A DNA stretch of 64,000 nucleotides from Macrostomum hystrix (Eukaryota; Animalia; Platyhelminthes), in the NCBI GenBank assembly GCA_950097015.1, contig CATNEN010000011.1, positions 2,418,001 to 2,482,000 on the forward strand, in the 5' to 3' direction. Below are positions 36,801-49,554 of the stretch, one piece after another. The notes under the pieces are model-generated. The model made no database searches, was not told the DNA's origin, and saw nothing but the letters and a program-made list of their open reading frames with translations. The stretch's first letter is position 1; every line of letters begins with the position of its first letter. The position numbers and the translations under genes were made by a program.

Positions 36801-39800
36801 ATGGGATAAGTGTCTAGTAGATCTATTGAGATGGGACAAGTGTCTAGTAGATCTAATGAGATGGGACAAGTGTCTAGTAGATCTAATGAGATGGGACAAG
36901 TGTCTAGTAGATCTATTGAGATGGGACAAGTGTCTAGTAGATCTACTGAGATGGGACAAGTGTCTAGTAGATCTATTGAGATGGGACAAGTGTCTAGTAG
37001 ATCTATTGAGATGGGATAAGTGTCTAGTAGATCTATTGAGATGAGATAAGTGTCTAGTAGATCTACTGAGATGGGACAAGTGTCTAGTAGATCTATTGAG
37101 ATGGGACAAGTGTCTAGTAGATCTATTGAGATGGGATAAGTGTCTAGTAGATCTATTGAGATGGGACAAGTGTCTAGTAGATCTACTGAGATGGGACAAG
37201 TGTCTAGTAGATCTATTGAGATGGGACAAGTGTCTAGTAGATCTACTGAGATGGGACAAGTGTCTAGTAGATCTATTGAGATGGGACAAGTGTCTAGTAG
37301 ATCTATTGAGATGGGATAAGTGTCTAGTAGATCTATTGAGATGAGATAAGTGTCTAGTAGATCTATTGAGATGGGATAAGTGTCTAGTAGATCTACTGAG
37401 ATGGGACAAGTGTCTAGTAGATCTACTGAGATGGGACAAGTGTCTAGTAGATCTACTGAGATGGGACAAGTGTCTAGTAGATCTATTGAGATGGGACAAG
37501 TGTCTAGTAGATCTATTGAGATGGGATAAGTGTCTAGTAGATCTATTGAGATGGGACAAGTGTCTAGTAGATCTATTGCGATGGGACAAGTGTCTAGTAG
37601 ATCTACTGAGATGGGACAAGTGTCTAGTAGATCTACTGAGATGGGACAAGTGTCTAGTAGATCTATTGAGATGGGATAAGTGTCTAGTAGATCTATTGAG
37701 ATGGGATAAGTGTCTAGTAGATCTATTGAGATGGGATAAGTGTCTAGTAGATCTATTGAGATGGGACAAGTGTCTAGTAGATCTATTGAAATGGGATAAA
37801 TTTCCACATTTTCTACTAATACTAGAAAAGAGGTTTTCGGTATTCAAAATTTTTATGTAATTTTTATGTAATTATGTAATTTTTATGTAATTTCGCTCAT
37901 ATTTTATAGAACGAACGAAATCTTCGAAAAACTCTAGTTGGTTCGAGTAATGTTTGCGTACTGCGCGGCTCAGACAGTGAGTGTTACGATTTTTTGCATT
38001 TTACCGGTTGTTGACTATCTGTTTCACCGGTTCTGTCTGTCAACTGTTTAACCGGTTGCTCTCATTAGTTTCACCGCTTGCTCTTATCTGTTTCACCGGT
38101 TGCTCTTATCTGTTGCACCGATTGCTCTTATCTGTTTCACCGGTTGCTCTTATCTGTTGCACCGATTGCTCTTATCTGTTTCACCGGTTGCTCTTATCTG
38201 TTGCACCGATTGCTCTTATCTGTTTCACCGGTTGCTCTTATCTGTTTCACCGATTGCTCTTATCTGTTGCACCGATTGCTCTTATCTGTTGCACCGATTG
38301 CTCTTATGTGTTTCACCGGTTGCTCTTATCTGTTGCACCGGTTGCTCTTATCTGTTGCACCGATTGCTCTTATCTGTTGCACCGATTGCTCTTATCTGTT
38401 TCACCGATTGCTCTTATCTGTTGCACCGATTGCTCTTATCTGTTTCACCGATTGCTCTTATCTGTTTCACCGATTGCTCTTATCTGTTTCACCGATTGCT
38501 CTTATCTGTTTCACCGATTGCTCTTATCTGTTTCACCCGTTGCTCTTATCAGTTTCACCGGTTGCTCTCATCTGTTTCACCCGTTGCTCTCATGTGTTTC
38601 ACCGGTTGCTCTCATGTGTTTCACCCGTTGCTCTTATCGGTTTAACCGGTTGCTCTTATCAGTTTCACCGGTTGCTCTCATTAGTTTCACCGGTTGCTCT
38701 CATTAGTTTTACTGGTTGCTCTTATCTGTGTCACCGATTGCTCTTATCTGTTTCACCGATTGCTCTTATCTGTTTCACCGATTGCTCTTATCTGTTTCAC
38801 CGATTGCTCTTATCTGTTTCACCGATTGCTCTTATCTGTGTCACCCGTTGCTCTTATCAGTTTCACCGGTTGCTCTCATCTGTTTCACCGGTTGCTCTCA
38901 TGTGTTTCACCGGTTGCTCTCATGTGTTTCACCCGTTGCTCTTATCGGTTTAACCGGTTGCTCTTATCAGTTTCACCGGTTGCTCTCATTAGTTTCACCG
39001 GTTGCTCTCATTAGTTTTACTGGTTGCTCTTATCTGTGTCACCGGTTGCTCTTATCAGTTTCACCGGTTGCTCTCATCTGTTTCACCCTTTGCTCTTATC
39101 CGTTTCACCGGTTGCTCTCATGTGTTTCACCGGTTGCTCTCATGTGTTTCACCGGTTGCTCTCATGTGTTTCACCGTCTCATTAACAATTTCTGAACCAC
39201 TGCCAATGCCGTTAATAAATTCAGCACCAATCGAGCTTGACTCAAGTCGTTTAGTACCTGGCGACATCATCGAGATACCGCAGTCTGGCTGTCTGATGCA
39301 ATGTGATGCTGTTCTCATTTCTGGAAATTGCATTGTAAACGAGAGCATGCTCACGGGTGAGTTTGATGGTGTCCTTCCCGGCACAAACTAAACTGTTTGA
39401 GAAAAGGCTTTGTACAATTGCACAGTCCGTAGACTTAAAATATTGCCACACCTACCCAAATCTCTACCCTAGCTACTGGTTGTGAAACAGTATCGATGTA
39501 TACAGCTTCAATTAGTGCTTTTTACGGATTTTTAGATTGTTTACATTTGTATTAACTGTTAAACACCTGTTCTATGGAAATACCTGTTATTTACGTGTTC
39601 TTTTGGCATCACCTGTTAGAAACCTGTTCTATAGGTATTACCTGTTAGACACCTGTTCTATAGGTGTTACCTGTTAGACACTTGTTCTATAGGTGTTAAA
39701 TGTTAGACACTTGTTCTATAGGTGTTACCTGTTAGACACTTGTTCTATAGGTGTTACCTGTTAAACACCTGTTCTATAGGTCTTACCTGTTATACACCTG

Positions 39801-42800
39801 TTCCATGAGTGTTACCTGTTAGACACCTGTTCTATAGGTGTTACCTGTTAGACACCTGTTCCATGAGTGTTACCTGTTAGACACCTGTTCTATGAGTGTT
39901 ACCTATTAGAAACCTCTTCTATGGGTGTTACCTGTTAGACAGCAATTATTGAACCCATTTCCAACCGGAAATCCTATCCAGGTGAAAGTGTCCCGCTACT
40001 CAAGACTCCCCTACCTTCTGTGGACTCGCGTTTCGGCCTCAAAGAGCACGCCAAGCACGTCCTGTTCTGCGGCACCCGGGTCATCCAGACTCGTCACGCC
40101 GAAGCCGTCCGTGCCGTGGTTGTCCGCACCGGCTTCATGACATCCAAAGGCGACCTGGTTCGCTCAATCCTGTTTCCCAAGCCCAACGTGTTTACATTCA
40201 ATCGTGACGTCATCAACTACCTGGAGGTGTTAAGCTTCTTTGCCATAGCCGGATTCATCTACACTGTGGTGCTGATGAAACAGCGAGACGACGCCTGGCA
40301 GAAAATTGTCATCAGAGCCCTAGACCTCATCACCATAGCTGTGCCACCAGCTCTGCCAGCCGCCATGACCATTGGCATTGTGTTCGCTCAGGCTAGACTG
40401 AGAAAACGTAATATCTATTGCATTGCGCCAAAGACAATCAATGTGTCTGGAGCGGTTAATCTGGTCTGCTTTGACAAGACTGGCACCCTCACTGAGTCTG
40501 GTAGGTGCAATTTGGATCCGTTACTATTAACAGTAGAACTAGAAAGGGGGGAATTTCTCCCCACAAATTTGCACCCGAACGGAACAACGCAAGCGCACGA
40601 AACTCAAGAACACGGGCCAACTTTTTGTTGCGCATCATCTGAAACAATAATCAAGTCAGCATCTCCAGACCGTCGAGATATTCAATGGTTCTGGCCGAAG
40701 GTCAGATTTTCCCATAAGCGCTAGTGTATTTCATACACCCCTATACACGAATTTGCACTGCGCCTCAGTGCGGCCTCGCCAGGCCTTCAAAATGTATCAG
40801 CACGTCACCCAAATGTGCTAGCATCATCTCCAAACTCGGTGGTCACCTACCTTTATCTAGACGGATTTGCTGGACCTTCAAGGCCTACAACAGGTGGAAC
40901 TAAGCCACTATGGACACCCTGACGCGAATTTCTCTAATTTCACTGATCAAGCCTAAATATTAGGCGCAGCTCAACCACAGGACACCATCGCCTAGCCTGT
41001 CAACCAATCAGTCACCACCCAACGCTGTTAGCATTCGGGCGCTGCCAAAATATTTCTGGGGGGCGGGGGAATTTCTCCTGTAAAGTGGTATATAAAAACA
41101 AGGGCGGCAAATGGCTTGGTAGTCCTACTGTTAATAAGCTTTAGTCTAGCTGTGTTGCTGTTAACTTTCTATAACTTATCCTACAGTTGTTTTCAAATGT
41201 TTACTCTCTACATTCCGCTAACTATTCTATTCTTCTTGAACTTCCGCTTCTTTTCTATTTCTTAAGTTCTCTATTAATATTTCTTTTTTAGATTTCTTAA
41301 AACTTAATTAACGTTAATAACAATTGCAATAATTGCAGGAGGGCTGCAGGCAGTGGCACATCGTTTGGTGACACCAGACCCGCAGCCAGCGAGGAGGCAA
41401 TTCTGCCCATTCCGCTGACTCCTGAGCACACACGCACACATATACTGTACGCAGGCATACGCTCACACAGGTGTGTACATCTGCCCTGACTTTCTCATCG
41501 TCAGGCAGTGTACACTTCACTGTGCGTTGGAGGTTGGCCCTCAAGGGCGTAAATTGCACGACAAGCCGCGAAAGTCTTTTCTCCGCGGCTGCGCCCCTAA
41601 ATGAATGTGGGGCCTCGGCGCGGAGTCGAACAAAGGGGCTTTGATGCGAGGGGCAAACGCGTTAACCGCTCGGCCACCGACCCCATTCAGTTTCGTTACT
41701 TTTTTGCTTTTCTGTTTGTTCCGTTACTTTCGTGTGTATATATTTTTTTCGTTATCATTACTTTATCGTTACTTTTTTCATTATAGCGTCTAATATTTAC
41801 CCCTAAAAACTTTCAGGCATGGATCTGTGGGGCGCCATTCCCGCTATAAAGTCCGTGTTCCAACCGCCCACCTCGACTCCGTCAACCCTGTCTGAACCGT
41901 CGCAGTTGCTGGAAGCCATGGCAACCTGTCACGCGTTGACCCGAATCGATGGCACATTGTCTGGAGATCCGTTGGATCTGAAAATGTTTGAAAGCACGGG
42001 CTGGCAGTTAGAGGAACCGGACACTATCGACTATGCTAGGCGAGTTTGGCTTGTTCGAATTTGGGATGATTAATAGGGAATAATTGGGATTATTTGGGAT
42101 TTGATAGGGGTTAAAATTTCAGGAATTTTTGTAGATTCTTCTTTAGGGATTATAAAGGAAACTTAGGATGGGATTCTATCTGTGGGATAAGATGGGATTC
42201 TATCTATAGGATAAGGTTGTGGGATAAAATGGGATTCTGTCTATGGGATAAGATGGGATTTAAATTTTTTTGTAACATTTGGGAACTTTTTAACTGAGAT
42301 TAAACGTTTTGAGTTTCACATAAGTCTTTTCTTTAGATAATACACCATACATTCTTGGTGTATTATTGGAGTTCTTGCAGTTTTCTTGCAGTTTTTTAAA
42401 CTGATTATTAATCCCTTATATGATTTTTTCTCCCTCTGGCCTGGATAGGTGCGATCGCCTAGTTAACCTGCTGGTTCGCTCACCAGTATCAGGCGACGAG
42501 CTGGGAGTTGTTCGCCAATTTCCATTCAGCTCCGATCTTCAACGCATGTCAGTCATTGCAACCCGCCTGTCCGCTAAGTCCAACGAGCCTTTGCTGGCCT
42601 ACGTGAAAGGCTCGCCCGAGATGATCCACTCGCTGTGCCTGCCCGATACCGTGAGCTGGTTTTCTTACCTGATCCGCTTCTTACTACTCATAGTCGGCGT
42701 GTCAGTAGAGTGATGAACATTTTTCGAATATAAAAAAAATGGTTTTGATAAAACTATGCTACTTATAGGCTGTAGCCTAGTGGTTAGAGCGTCGGACTTA

Positions 42801-45800
42801 CGACTTGAAGGTCAGGGGTTCGATTCCCGATTCTACTGGAACAATTTTTGTCCTTTAGCTAGACACTCAACTCGGCGTTGCTTCAGTTCACACAGCTTTT
42901 TATTGGTTAACAGCATTAGCTGGGTTATTAAAGGATCCCCAGTCCATGGACTGAACAGCCGTACGCAGCCTTCAGATGCGCCGCGCAATAGCTGCGAGTG
43001 TGCTGTCGGCTGCACACCCGACTGCTGCCAATTATTAATTATTAATATCTTTATGCTACTTATTTCCAGCAGTCAGTAGAGTGTGACGTGCATAGTAACT
43101 GAGTTATTTCCCCACCTGCTCAATCACAAATTTCAGATTCCGAAAGACTTTCACGATCAGCTGATAAGCTACACCAGCCACGGCTATCGTGTGATTGGCC
43201 TAGCCTATCGCCAGCTGCCATCGACTGTCACTATGCAGTCTGCTCAGAAAGTGAATCGCGGAGAGTTTGAGCACAATCTACAATTCTTGGGCCTTCTAAT
43301 TATGGAGAATCGACTCAAGCCTGAGACTACACCGTCCATTGCTACACTGCTCAAGGCCAATATTAGGCCAGTGATGGTCACTGGGGATAATATCCTCACT
43401 GCTTTGAGTGTGGCCAGAGAGTGTGGTATCATTGCGGAGTCTGAAACGGCGGTCATTGTCCAGGCTACTGAGGGACCTAGCGGGCCCAATGTGGACTATG
43501 TGGTGGGTGTTTTGTTTGTCATTTAATGGTATGAGTTATCTGAATAGAAAAATTGAACTAATAGATTACTTTAGATTGAAGTAAAGGTTGAAGTTAAATG
43601 GAGAATGGGACAGAGATACGATTTATACTCAGGGTAATATTAGAATAAAGATAACATTTTGCAGAATTTTTTTAAAATAGAAAATTACACATTTGAAATT
43701 AAAATTTAAGATTAGATATATTATAATGCGGTATAAGATTAGTATCATAATTGGGTTTAGATTAGATATGTGACTACGGATGAGATTAGATATGCGATAA
43801 GATATGAGAATCAGATTGAGATAAGATATGAGAATCAGATTGAGATTAGAAATGAGAATCATATTGAGATTAGGTATGAGAATCAGATTGAGATTAGATA
43901 TGAGAATCAGATTGAGATTAGATATGAGAATCAGATTGAGATTAGGTATGAAAGTAAGATTGAGATTAGATATGAGAATCAGATTGAGATTAGGTATGAA
44001 AGTAAGATTGAGATTAGATATGAGAATCAGATTGAGATTAGATATGAGAATCAGATTGAGATTAGGTATGAAAGTAAGATTGAGATTAGATATGAGAATC
44101 TCATTGAGATTAGGTATGAAAGTAAGATTGAGATTAGATATGAGAATCTCATTGAGATTAGGTATGAAAGTAAGATTGAGATTAGATATGAGAATCTCAT
44201 TGAGATTAGGTATGAAAGTAAGATTGAGATTAGATATGAGAATCTCATTGAGATTAGGTATGAGAATCAGATTGAGATTAGGTATGAAAGTAAGATTGAG
44301 TTTAGATATGAGAATCAGATTGAGAATAGATATGAGACTCGGGATGAGATTAGATGTTAAACAAGGGTTGTGACGACTTAAGACTTCTCATCAAGAAAAT
44401 CGGCCCCTCAACACTTCAACCCAGGTGTATGGTGACCCGCGTCGCAAAGTGACGGAGGCGGCCGTCCTCAGTCCGAGCAGCGTCTACCGCCTGGCCATCA
44501 GCGGTCCCAGCTGGCTGCTGGTTCGTCAGCACTTCTCCCAGCTGGTGCCGAAACTGGCTGTCTGCGGCGCGGTATTCGCCAGGTTCTCGCCAGTGCAAAA
44601 GTCCCAGCTGGTTGAGGCGCAACAGCAGCTTGGCTACACTGTCGCTATGTGCGGCGACGGAGCCAACGACTGCGGCGCGCTCAAGACTGCTCACGCTGGG
44701 ATATCACTGAGCGAAGCGGAGGCCAGTGTTGCATCGCCATTCACCTCCAAGGTGCGAGAAATTTCGTGATTCTTTTCTAAATCCTTAATTATAGGATCTT
44801 TAATTGGATTGCCAATCTATCCTTGTCTATTAAGGGATCTTAAGTGGATTGCTAGATATTGTGGGGTCTCAGATTGTGTGATCTGAGGCGGATAGTTAAT
44901 CTAGATCCTCATTTATTTATTGTATGATCTGAGGTGGATTGCTAGTCTATCCTCTTTGATTGTGGGATCTGAGGTGGATTGCTAGTCTATCCTCTTTGAT
45001 TGTGGGATCTGAGGTGGATTGCTAGTCTATCCTCTTTGATTGTGGGATCTGAGGAGGATTGCTAGTCTATCCTCTTTGATTGTGGGATCTGAGGAGGATT
45101 GCTAGTCTATCCTCTTTGATTGTGGGATCTGAGGAGGATTGCTAGTCTATTCTCTTTGATTTAGAGATCTGAGGTGGATTGCTAGTCTATCCTCTTTGAT
45201 TGTGGAATCTGAGGTGGATTGCTAGTCTATCCTCTTTGATTGTGGAATCTGAGGTGGATTGCTAGTCTATCCTCTTTGATTGTGGGATCTGAGGAGGATT
45301 GCTAGTCTATCCTCTTTGATTGTGGGATCTGAGGAGGATTGCTAGTCTATCCTCTTTGATTGTGGGATCTGAGGAGGATTGCTAGTCTATCCTCTTTGAT
45401 TGTGGGATCTGAGGTGGATTGCTAGTCTATCCTCTTTGATTGTGGGATCTGAGGAGGATTGCTAGTCTATCCTCTTTGATTGTGCGATCTGAGGAGGATT
45501 GCTAGTCTATCCTCTTTGATTGTGGGATCTGAGGAGGATTGCTAGTCTATCCTCTTTGATTGTGGGATCTGAGGTGGATTGCTAGTTTATTCTCTTTGAT
45601 TTAGAGATCTGAGGAGGATTGCTAGTCTATCCTTTTTGATTGTGGGATCTGAGGTGGATTGCTAGTCTATTCTCTTTGATTTTGGGATCTGAGGTGGATT
45701 GCTAGTCTATCCTCTTCGATTGTGGATTTTGGGATTTTGGGATCTGAGGTGGATTGCTAGTCTATCCTCTTCGATTGTGGGATCTGAGGTGGATTGCTAG

Positions 45801-48800
45801 TTTATTCTCTTTGATTGTGGGATCTGAGGTGGATTGCTAGTCTATCCTCTTTGATTGTGGGATCTGAGGTGGATTGCTAGTTTATTCTCTTTGATTGTGG
45901 GATCTGAGGTGGATTGCTAGTTTATTCTCTTTGATTGTGGGATCTGAGGTGGATTGCTAGTTTATTCTCTTTGATTGTGGGATCTGAGGTGGATTGCTAG
46001 TCTATTCTCTTTGATTGTGGGATCTGAGGTGGATTGCTAGTCTATTCTCTTTGATTGTGGGATCTGAGGAGGATTGTTAATCTAGATCCTCATCGACATT
46101 GGGATTTGAGGTAAAGTATCGAATGTCCTTTATAAATAATTTAAAATATTAATTTCAAATTTTAATCCCTATTACTTTCCTCCCCAGGATCAGAACATCT
46201 CGTGCGTCCTTCGCCTAATCCAGGAGGGCCGTTGCGCCCTAGTTACCTCATTCGGCATCTTCAAATTCATGGCCTGTTATTCAATGTGTCAGTTCGTATC
46301 CGTGCTAATTCTTTATTGGATAGCAACCAATCTCACCAACAACCAGTTTGTGTACATCGACTTATTCCTGGTGACGTCACATTTTATCACCTTCTCCTAC
46401 ACCGCCGCCTACGATGGCATCGCCAAGGAGCCGCCTAGTCATCGGCTATTGTCCTTCGTCACCTGCACATCGATAGCATTGCAGTGCGGCATATTTGTAG
46501 GATTTCAAACTTTAGCCTACTTCTATGTACAGTGGCAGCCTTGGTTCTATCCGTTTGTTTATAATCCTGATTCCGATCTGATGGCATGCTACCAGAACAC
46601 TGCCGTGTTTTTAATCTCGGTCAATCAGTACGTCATTCTAGCTGTTGTGTTCTCCAAATCTGCGCCTTATAGACGAGCGATGTTTACTAATTGTGAGTTC
46701 CGAGAGCTGGGAACCTGGCTGATATCTAATTAGTGACATGACTTGATTTCTGTGTAATCTAGGGGTGAGATTTGTATATTACCTAACGTCTAGGGGTGAG
46801 TCTAGGGGTATATTATACGTCTAGGGGTGAGATTTGTATATTACCTAAACGTCTAGGGTGAGATTTGTATATTACCTAAACGTCTAGGGGTGAGATTTGT
46901 ATATTACCTAAACGTCTAGGGGTGAGATTTGTATATTACCTAAACGTCTAGGCGTGAGATTTGTATATTACCTAAACGTCTAGGGGTGAGATTTGTATAT
47001 TACCTAACGTCTAGGGGTGAGATTTGTATATTACCTAAACGTCTAGGGGTGTGATTTGTATATTACCTAAACGTCTAGGGGTGAGATTTGTATATTACCT
47101 AAACGTCTAGGGGTGAGATTTGTATATTACCTAAACGTCTAGGGGTGAGATTTGTATATTACCTAAACGTCTAGGGATGAGATTTGTATATTACCTAAAC
47201 GTCTAGGGGTGTGATTTGTATATTACCTAAACGTCTAGGGGTGAGATTTGTATATTACCTAAACGTCTAGGGATGAGATTTGTATATTCCTTAATATTAA
47301 GGTGTGAGAATAAGTGGATTTTCAAGACTAATTTATTTCTGTTGTTTTTGGCTTTTAAATATCAAAAAGATCTTAAGAACTTTTTCTGCCAATTTACAGA
47401 CGCCTTCTTGATCAACATAGCCGTGGTTGTTGGTGTCAACCTGTTTGTCATTTTCGCTCCTAGCGACTGGTTAGGAGTACTACTTGAGGTGAGATTATTG
47501 ATTTGAATATGATATTAGAAAGTGTAAGATTAATTTGTCAGATCCAAAAATTTCAGACCCAAAAATTTCAGAACCGAAACTGACAGACCCTAAAACTGTC
47601 AGATCTAAAAAGTGTCAGACCCGAAACAGTCACACCCAAAATTGTCTGACCCAAAACTGCCAGACCCAAACCTGTCAGACCCAAAACTGTCAGACGAGAA
47701 CTGTCAGACCCAAACCTGTCGAACCCAAACCTGTCGAACCCAAAACTGTCAGGCCGAGCTGTTTTATTCTTTCAGACCTGGGACGCACCGTTAGACAATC
47801 CGAGTTTGAGTGTGAAATTTGTACTGATCGGCGCCATCATAATGAACTGCCTTCTGGCCCTCCTAGTTGAGCAGCTGATTGAGTCTGTCTGGTTTAACCA
47901 GCTGGTTAATCGCATCAGCCGCCGATTGGCCGCCAAGCCGAAGGAATTTGAGCGGGTGGCTCGCGAGCTGAAACAGCAGCGCGGGCAATGGCCTCCGATA
48001 AATGCGCACTTTCAAAGAGCCGGACAGAAGGAGCTGCTAAACTATGTTGTTCAGGGCGGCGGCGGAGGCGGCGGCAGCGGAGGCGGCGGCGGCAGCGGCG
48101 TAGTCAGTCCCACTCAGGTGTGTTCGAAATTTAGTTTTTTATTCATCACGTTTCATAAGGACTCGCTTTATCTTGTTCTTAGAATCCCCATCCCAATGAC
48201 TACAATAATTCAATTTCTAGAGTCATAATTATCCCATTTTAGAATTTCTATTATCAATATTTAAAATCCCAATTATGCCATCTAGGAATTCTCATTTTCT
48301 CATTTTAAAATCCCACCTATTTAAAATCCTAGTTATCCCTTTTTAGAATCCCAGTCATTCAATTTTAAAATCCCAATCATTCCATTAGAATCCCAATCAT
48401 CCAATTTACAGAATCCCTACCCTAGCACTCATCGAACCCTTATCTCCAATTTATAGAGTCCCAAATGTACTGCTTTTGGAATCCCTAAATCTCCTATTTC
48501 TAGAATCCCTAAATCTCCTATTTCTAGAATCCCTAAATCTCCTATTTCTAGAATCCCTAAATCTCCTATTTCTAGAATCCCTAAATCTCCTATTTCTAGA
48601 ATCCCTAAATCTCCTATTTCTAGAATCCCTAAATCTCCTAATTATAGAATCCCTAAATCTCCTATTTCTAGAATCCCTAAATCTCCGTTTTCTTGAATCC
48701 CAAAATCTTCTATTTTTTTAAGAACCCCAAAATCTCCTAATTCTAGAATCCCTAAATCTCCATTTCTTGAATCCAAAACTTCACTTTTGTTAAATCACAA

Positions 48801-49252
48801 ATCCTTTATTTCTAGAATCCCAAAATCTCCTTTTTTTAGAATCTCAAAATCTCGTTTTCTATAATCCCAAACTTCACATTTCTAAAATCCCAAAATCTGA
48901 AATTTCTAGAATCCCTAAATCTCCTATTTCTAGAATCCCTAAATCTCCAAATTCTAGAATCCCAAAATCTCCTATTTCTAGAATCTCAAACTTCTCATTT
49001 CTAGAATCCCGAATCATACTTCTGGAATCAATTTTCTTACTTTCCTACAATCCTTAGTATCCCTTTACTTTGAACCCTACTTAATTGCAACCGTTTCTAG
49101 AATCCCCATTCTCCCATCGCCTCATCATTTTCCTGTGTTTTATTATTTACACCTTCCTCCCCTTCCAGGTTGGCATGGAGATAAAGCCTTTCGCTAAGGA
49201 AAACCATTCAGCCGAGAAGGCGCACAAAAAGAAATACTACTCAGCACTGTGA
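21841..49252 (+). CDS. ATP13A3: P5B-type ATPase (ATP13A3-like polyamine transporter), 19 exons, 1228 aa: 21841-21891, 21998-22165, 28569-28627, 29692-29836, 30726-30773, 32955-33037, 36205-36346, 36452-36586, 37910-37976, 39225-39356, 39982-40500, 41817-42039, 42449-42650, 43137-43502, 44425-44751, 46188-46692, 47400-47488, 47776-48117, 49169-49252
   Basis: All exon phases chain without stops (3687 nt). Motifs [31 protein letters not shown] (P5B), DKTGTLT (phosphorylation site), KGSPE, TGDN, GDGANDC and [10 protein letters not shown] are present. The exact vertebrate paralogue (13A2-5) cannot be resolved. Confidence 0.93.
22324..28466. repeat. 6.1-kb satellite, 26/24-bp units AACCATTCAACTAGAATCGTAGCTAG / AACCATAACTAGAATCGTAGCAAG (ATP13A intron 2)
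   Basis: Direct repeats with higher-order periodicity. Confidence 0.99.
28720..29550. repeat. Minisatellite, 23-bp GAATTAGAACAGAAAGGATTGGA (intron 3)
   Basis: Tandem copies. Confidence 0.95.
29858..30660. repeat. Minisatellite, 21-bp CTACCTGTGAATGATATTAGT (intron 4)
   Basis: Tandem copies, explaining ORF 29864-30718. Confidence 0.97.
31565..32740. repeat. Pyrimidine-rich minisatellite, ~22-bp CCATCTTTCTCACCTGTGATTT (intron 5)
   Basis: Tandem variant copies. Confidence 0.95.
33183..36012. repeat. Minisatellite, 19-bp AAAATGGCATCTCAACTCC (intron 6)
   Basis: About 148 copies, explaining the many ORFs at 33261-35989. Confidence 0.98.
36675..37800. repeat. Minisatellite, 30-bp ATGGGACAAGTGTCTAGTAGATCTATTGAG (intron 8)
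   Basis: Exact 30-bp period. Confidence 0.98.
37990..39177. repeat. Minisatellite, 22-bp TTGCTCTTATCTGTTTCACCGG (intron 9)
   Basis: Tandem copies. Confidence 0.97.
39560..39945. repeat. Minisatellite, 29-bp ACCTGTTAGACACCTGTTCTATAGGTGTT (intron 10)
   Basis: Tandem copies. Confidence 0.9.
40525..41136. mobile_element. MITE-like element with 17-bp terminal inverted repeats (intron 11)
   Basis: Left TATTAACAGTAGAACTA vs reverse complement of the right end TATTAACAGTAGGACTA (16/17). Internal direct repeat GGGGGAATTTCTCC near both ends. Confidence 0.65.
41315..41684 (-). mobile_element. tRNA-derived SINE, family B, full-length copy (intron 11)
   Basis: A-box TGGCCGAGCGG, B-box GTTCGACTCC, internal hairpin GTGTACACTGCCTGAC..GTCAGGGCAGATGTACAC and an ATT-rich tail. 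Confidence 0.88.
42060..42265. repeat. Degenerate GGGATT-core repeat (intron 12)
   Basis: Eroded copies such as GGGATAAGATGGGATTCT. Confidence 0.65.
42768..43030 (+). mobile_element. tRNA-derived SINE, family A, copy 2 (intron 13)
   Basis: TAGCCTAGTGG A-box, GGTTCGATTCC B-box, and a tail nearly identical to 4725-4800. Confidence 0.88.
43785..44355. repeat. Minisatellite, 24-bp GATTGAGATTAGATATGAGAATCA (intron 14)
   Basis: Tandem copies. Confidence 0.96.
44925..46085. repeat. Minisatellite, 40-bp GAGGTGGATTGCTAGTCTATCCTCTTTGATTGTGGGATCT (intron 15)
   Basis: Exact 40-bp period. Confidence 0.97.
46755..47290. repeat. Minisatellite, 32-bp AGGGGTGAGATTTGTATATTACCTAAACGTCT (intron 16)
   Basis: Tandem copies. 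Confidence 0.96.
47535..47755. repeat. Degenerate 15-bp repeat CAGACCCAAAACTGT (intron 17)
   Basis: Eroded tandem copies. Confidence 0.85.
48230..49050. repeat. 24-bp repeat TAGAATCCCTAAATCTCCTATTTC with eroded flanks (intron 18)
   Basis: Homogeneous core at 48476-48700. Confidence 0.9.
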
Positions 49253-49554
49253 GTTGATTCTCCTCCTGACAACTCAGAGACCTGTAGATTTTTCTGATCG
49301 CCAATGGGACAGCCTGTTCTTCACCATGAATATCGAAAAACTGTAGCTAAACAAATGAACAATAAATTTTACAAAAAATGCTTTAACTGTGATTAAATGC
49401 GTTGAATTGGATTTTAATATTTTTATTCAATATTGAATATTCATTTCTCTTCAATAATTATTTTTTTAGTCGTGAATCTCAACTTCAAAGTGTATTTTCT
49501 ATCGTTTTAATTTTGCATCCCTCCTTTGAGTACTTGCCTGCCATACCTCATTGT

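Noticed and set aside
36582-39195. Repeat ORFs in ATP13A introns 8 and 9
   Set aside because: They lie between validated splice sites and derive from the 30-bp and 22-bp arrays.
41470-41515. Hammerhead-like CTGACGA…GAAA in SINE-B (also at 5390-5430)
   Set aside because: Only 3 nt separate CTGACGA and GAAA, so there is no stem II, and there is no matching NUH/stem III. It folds better as a simple long hairpin.
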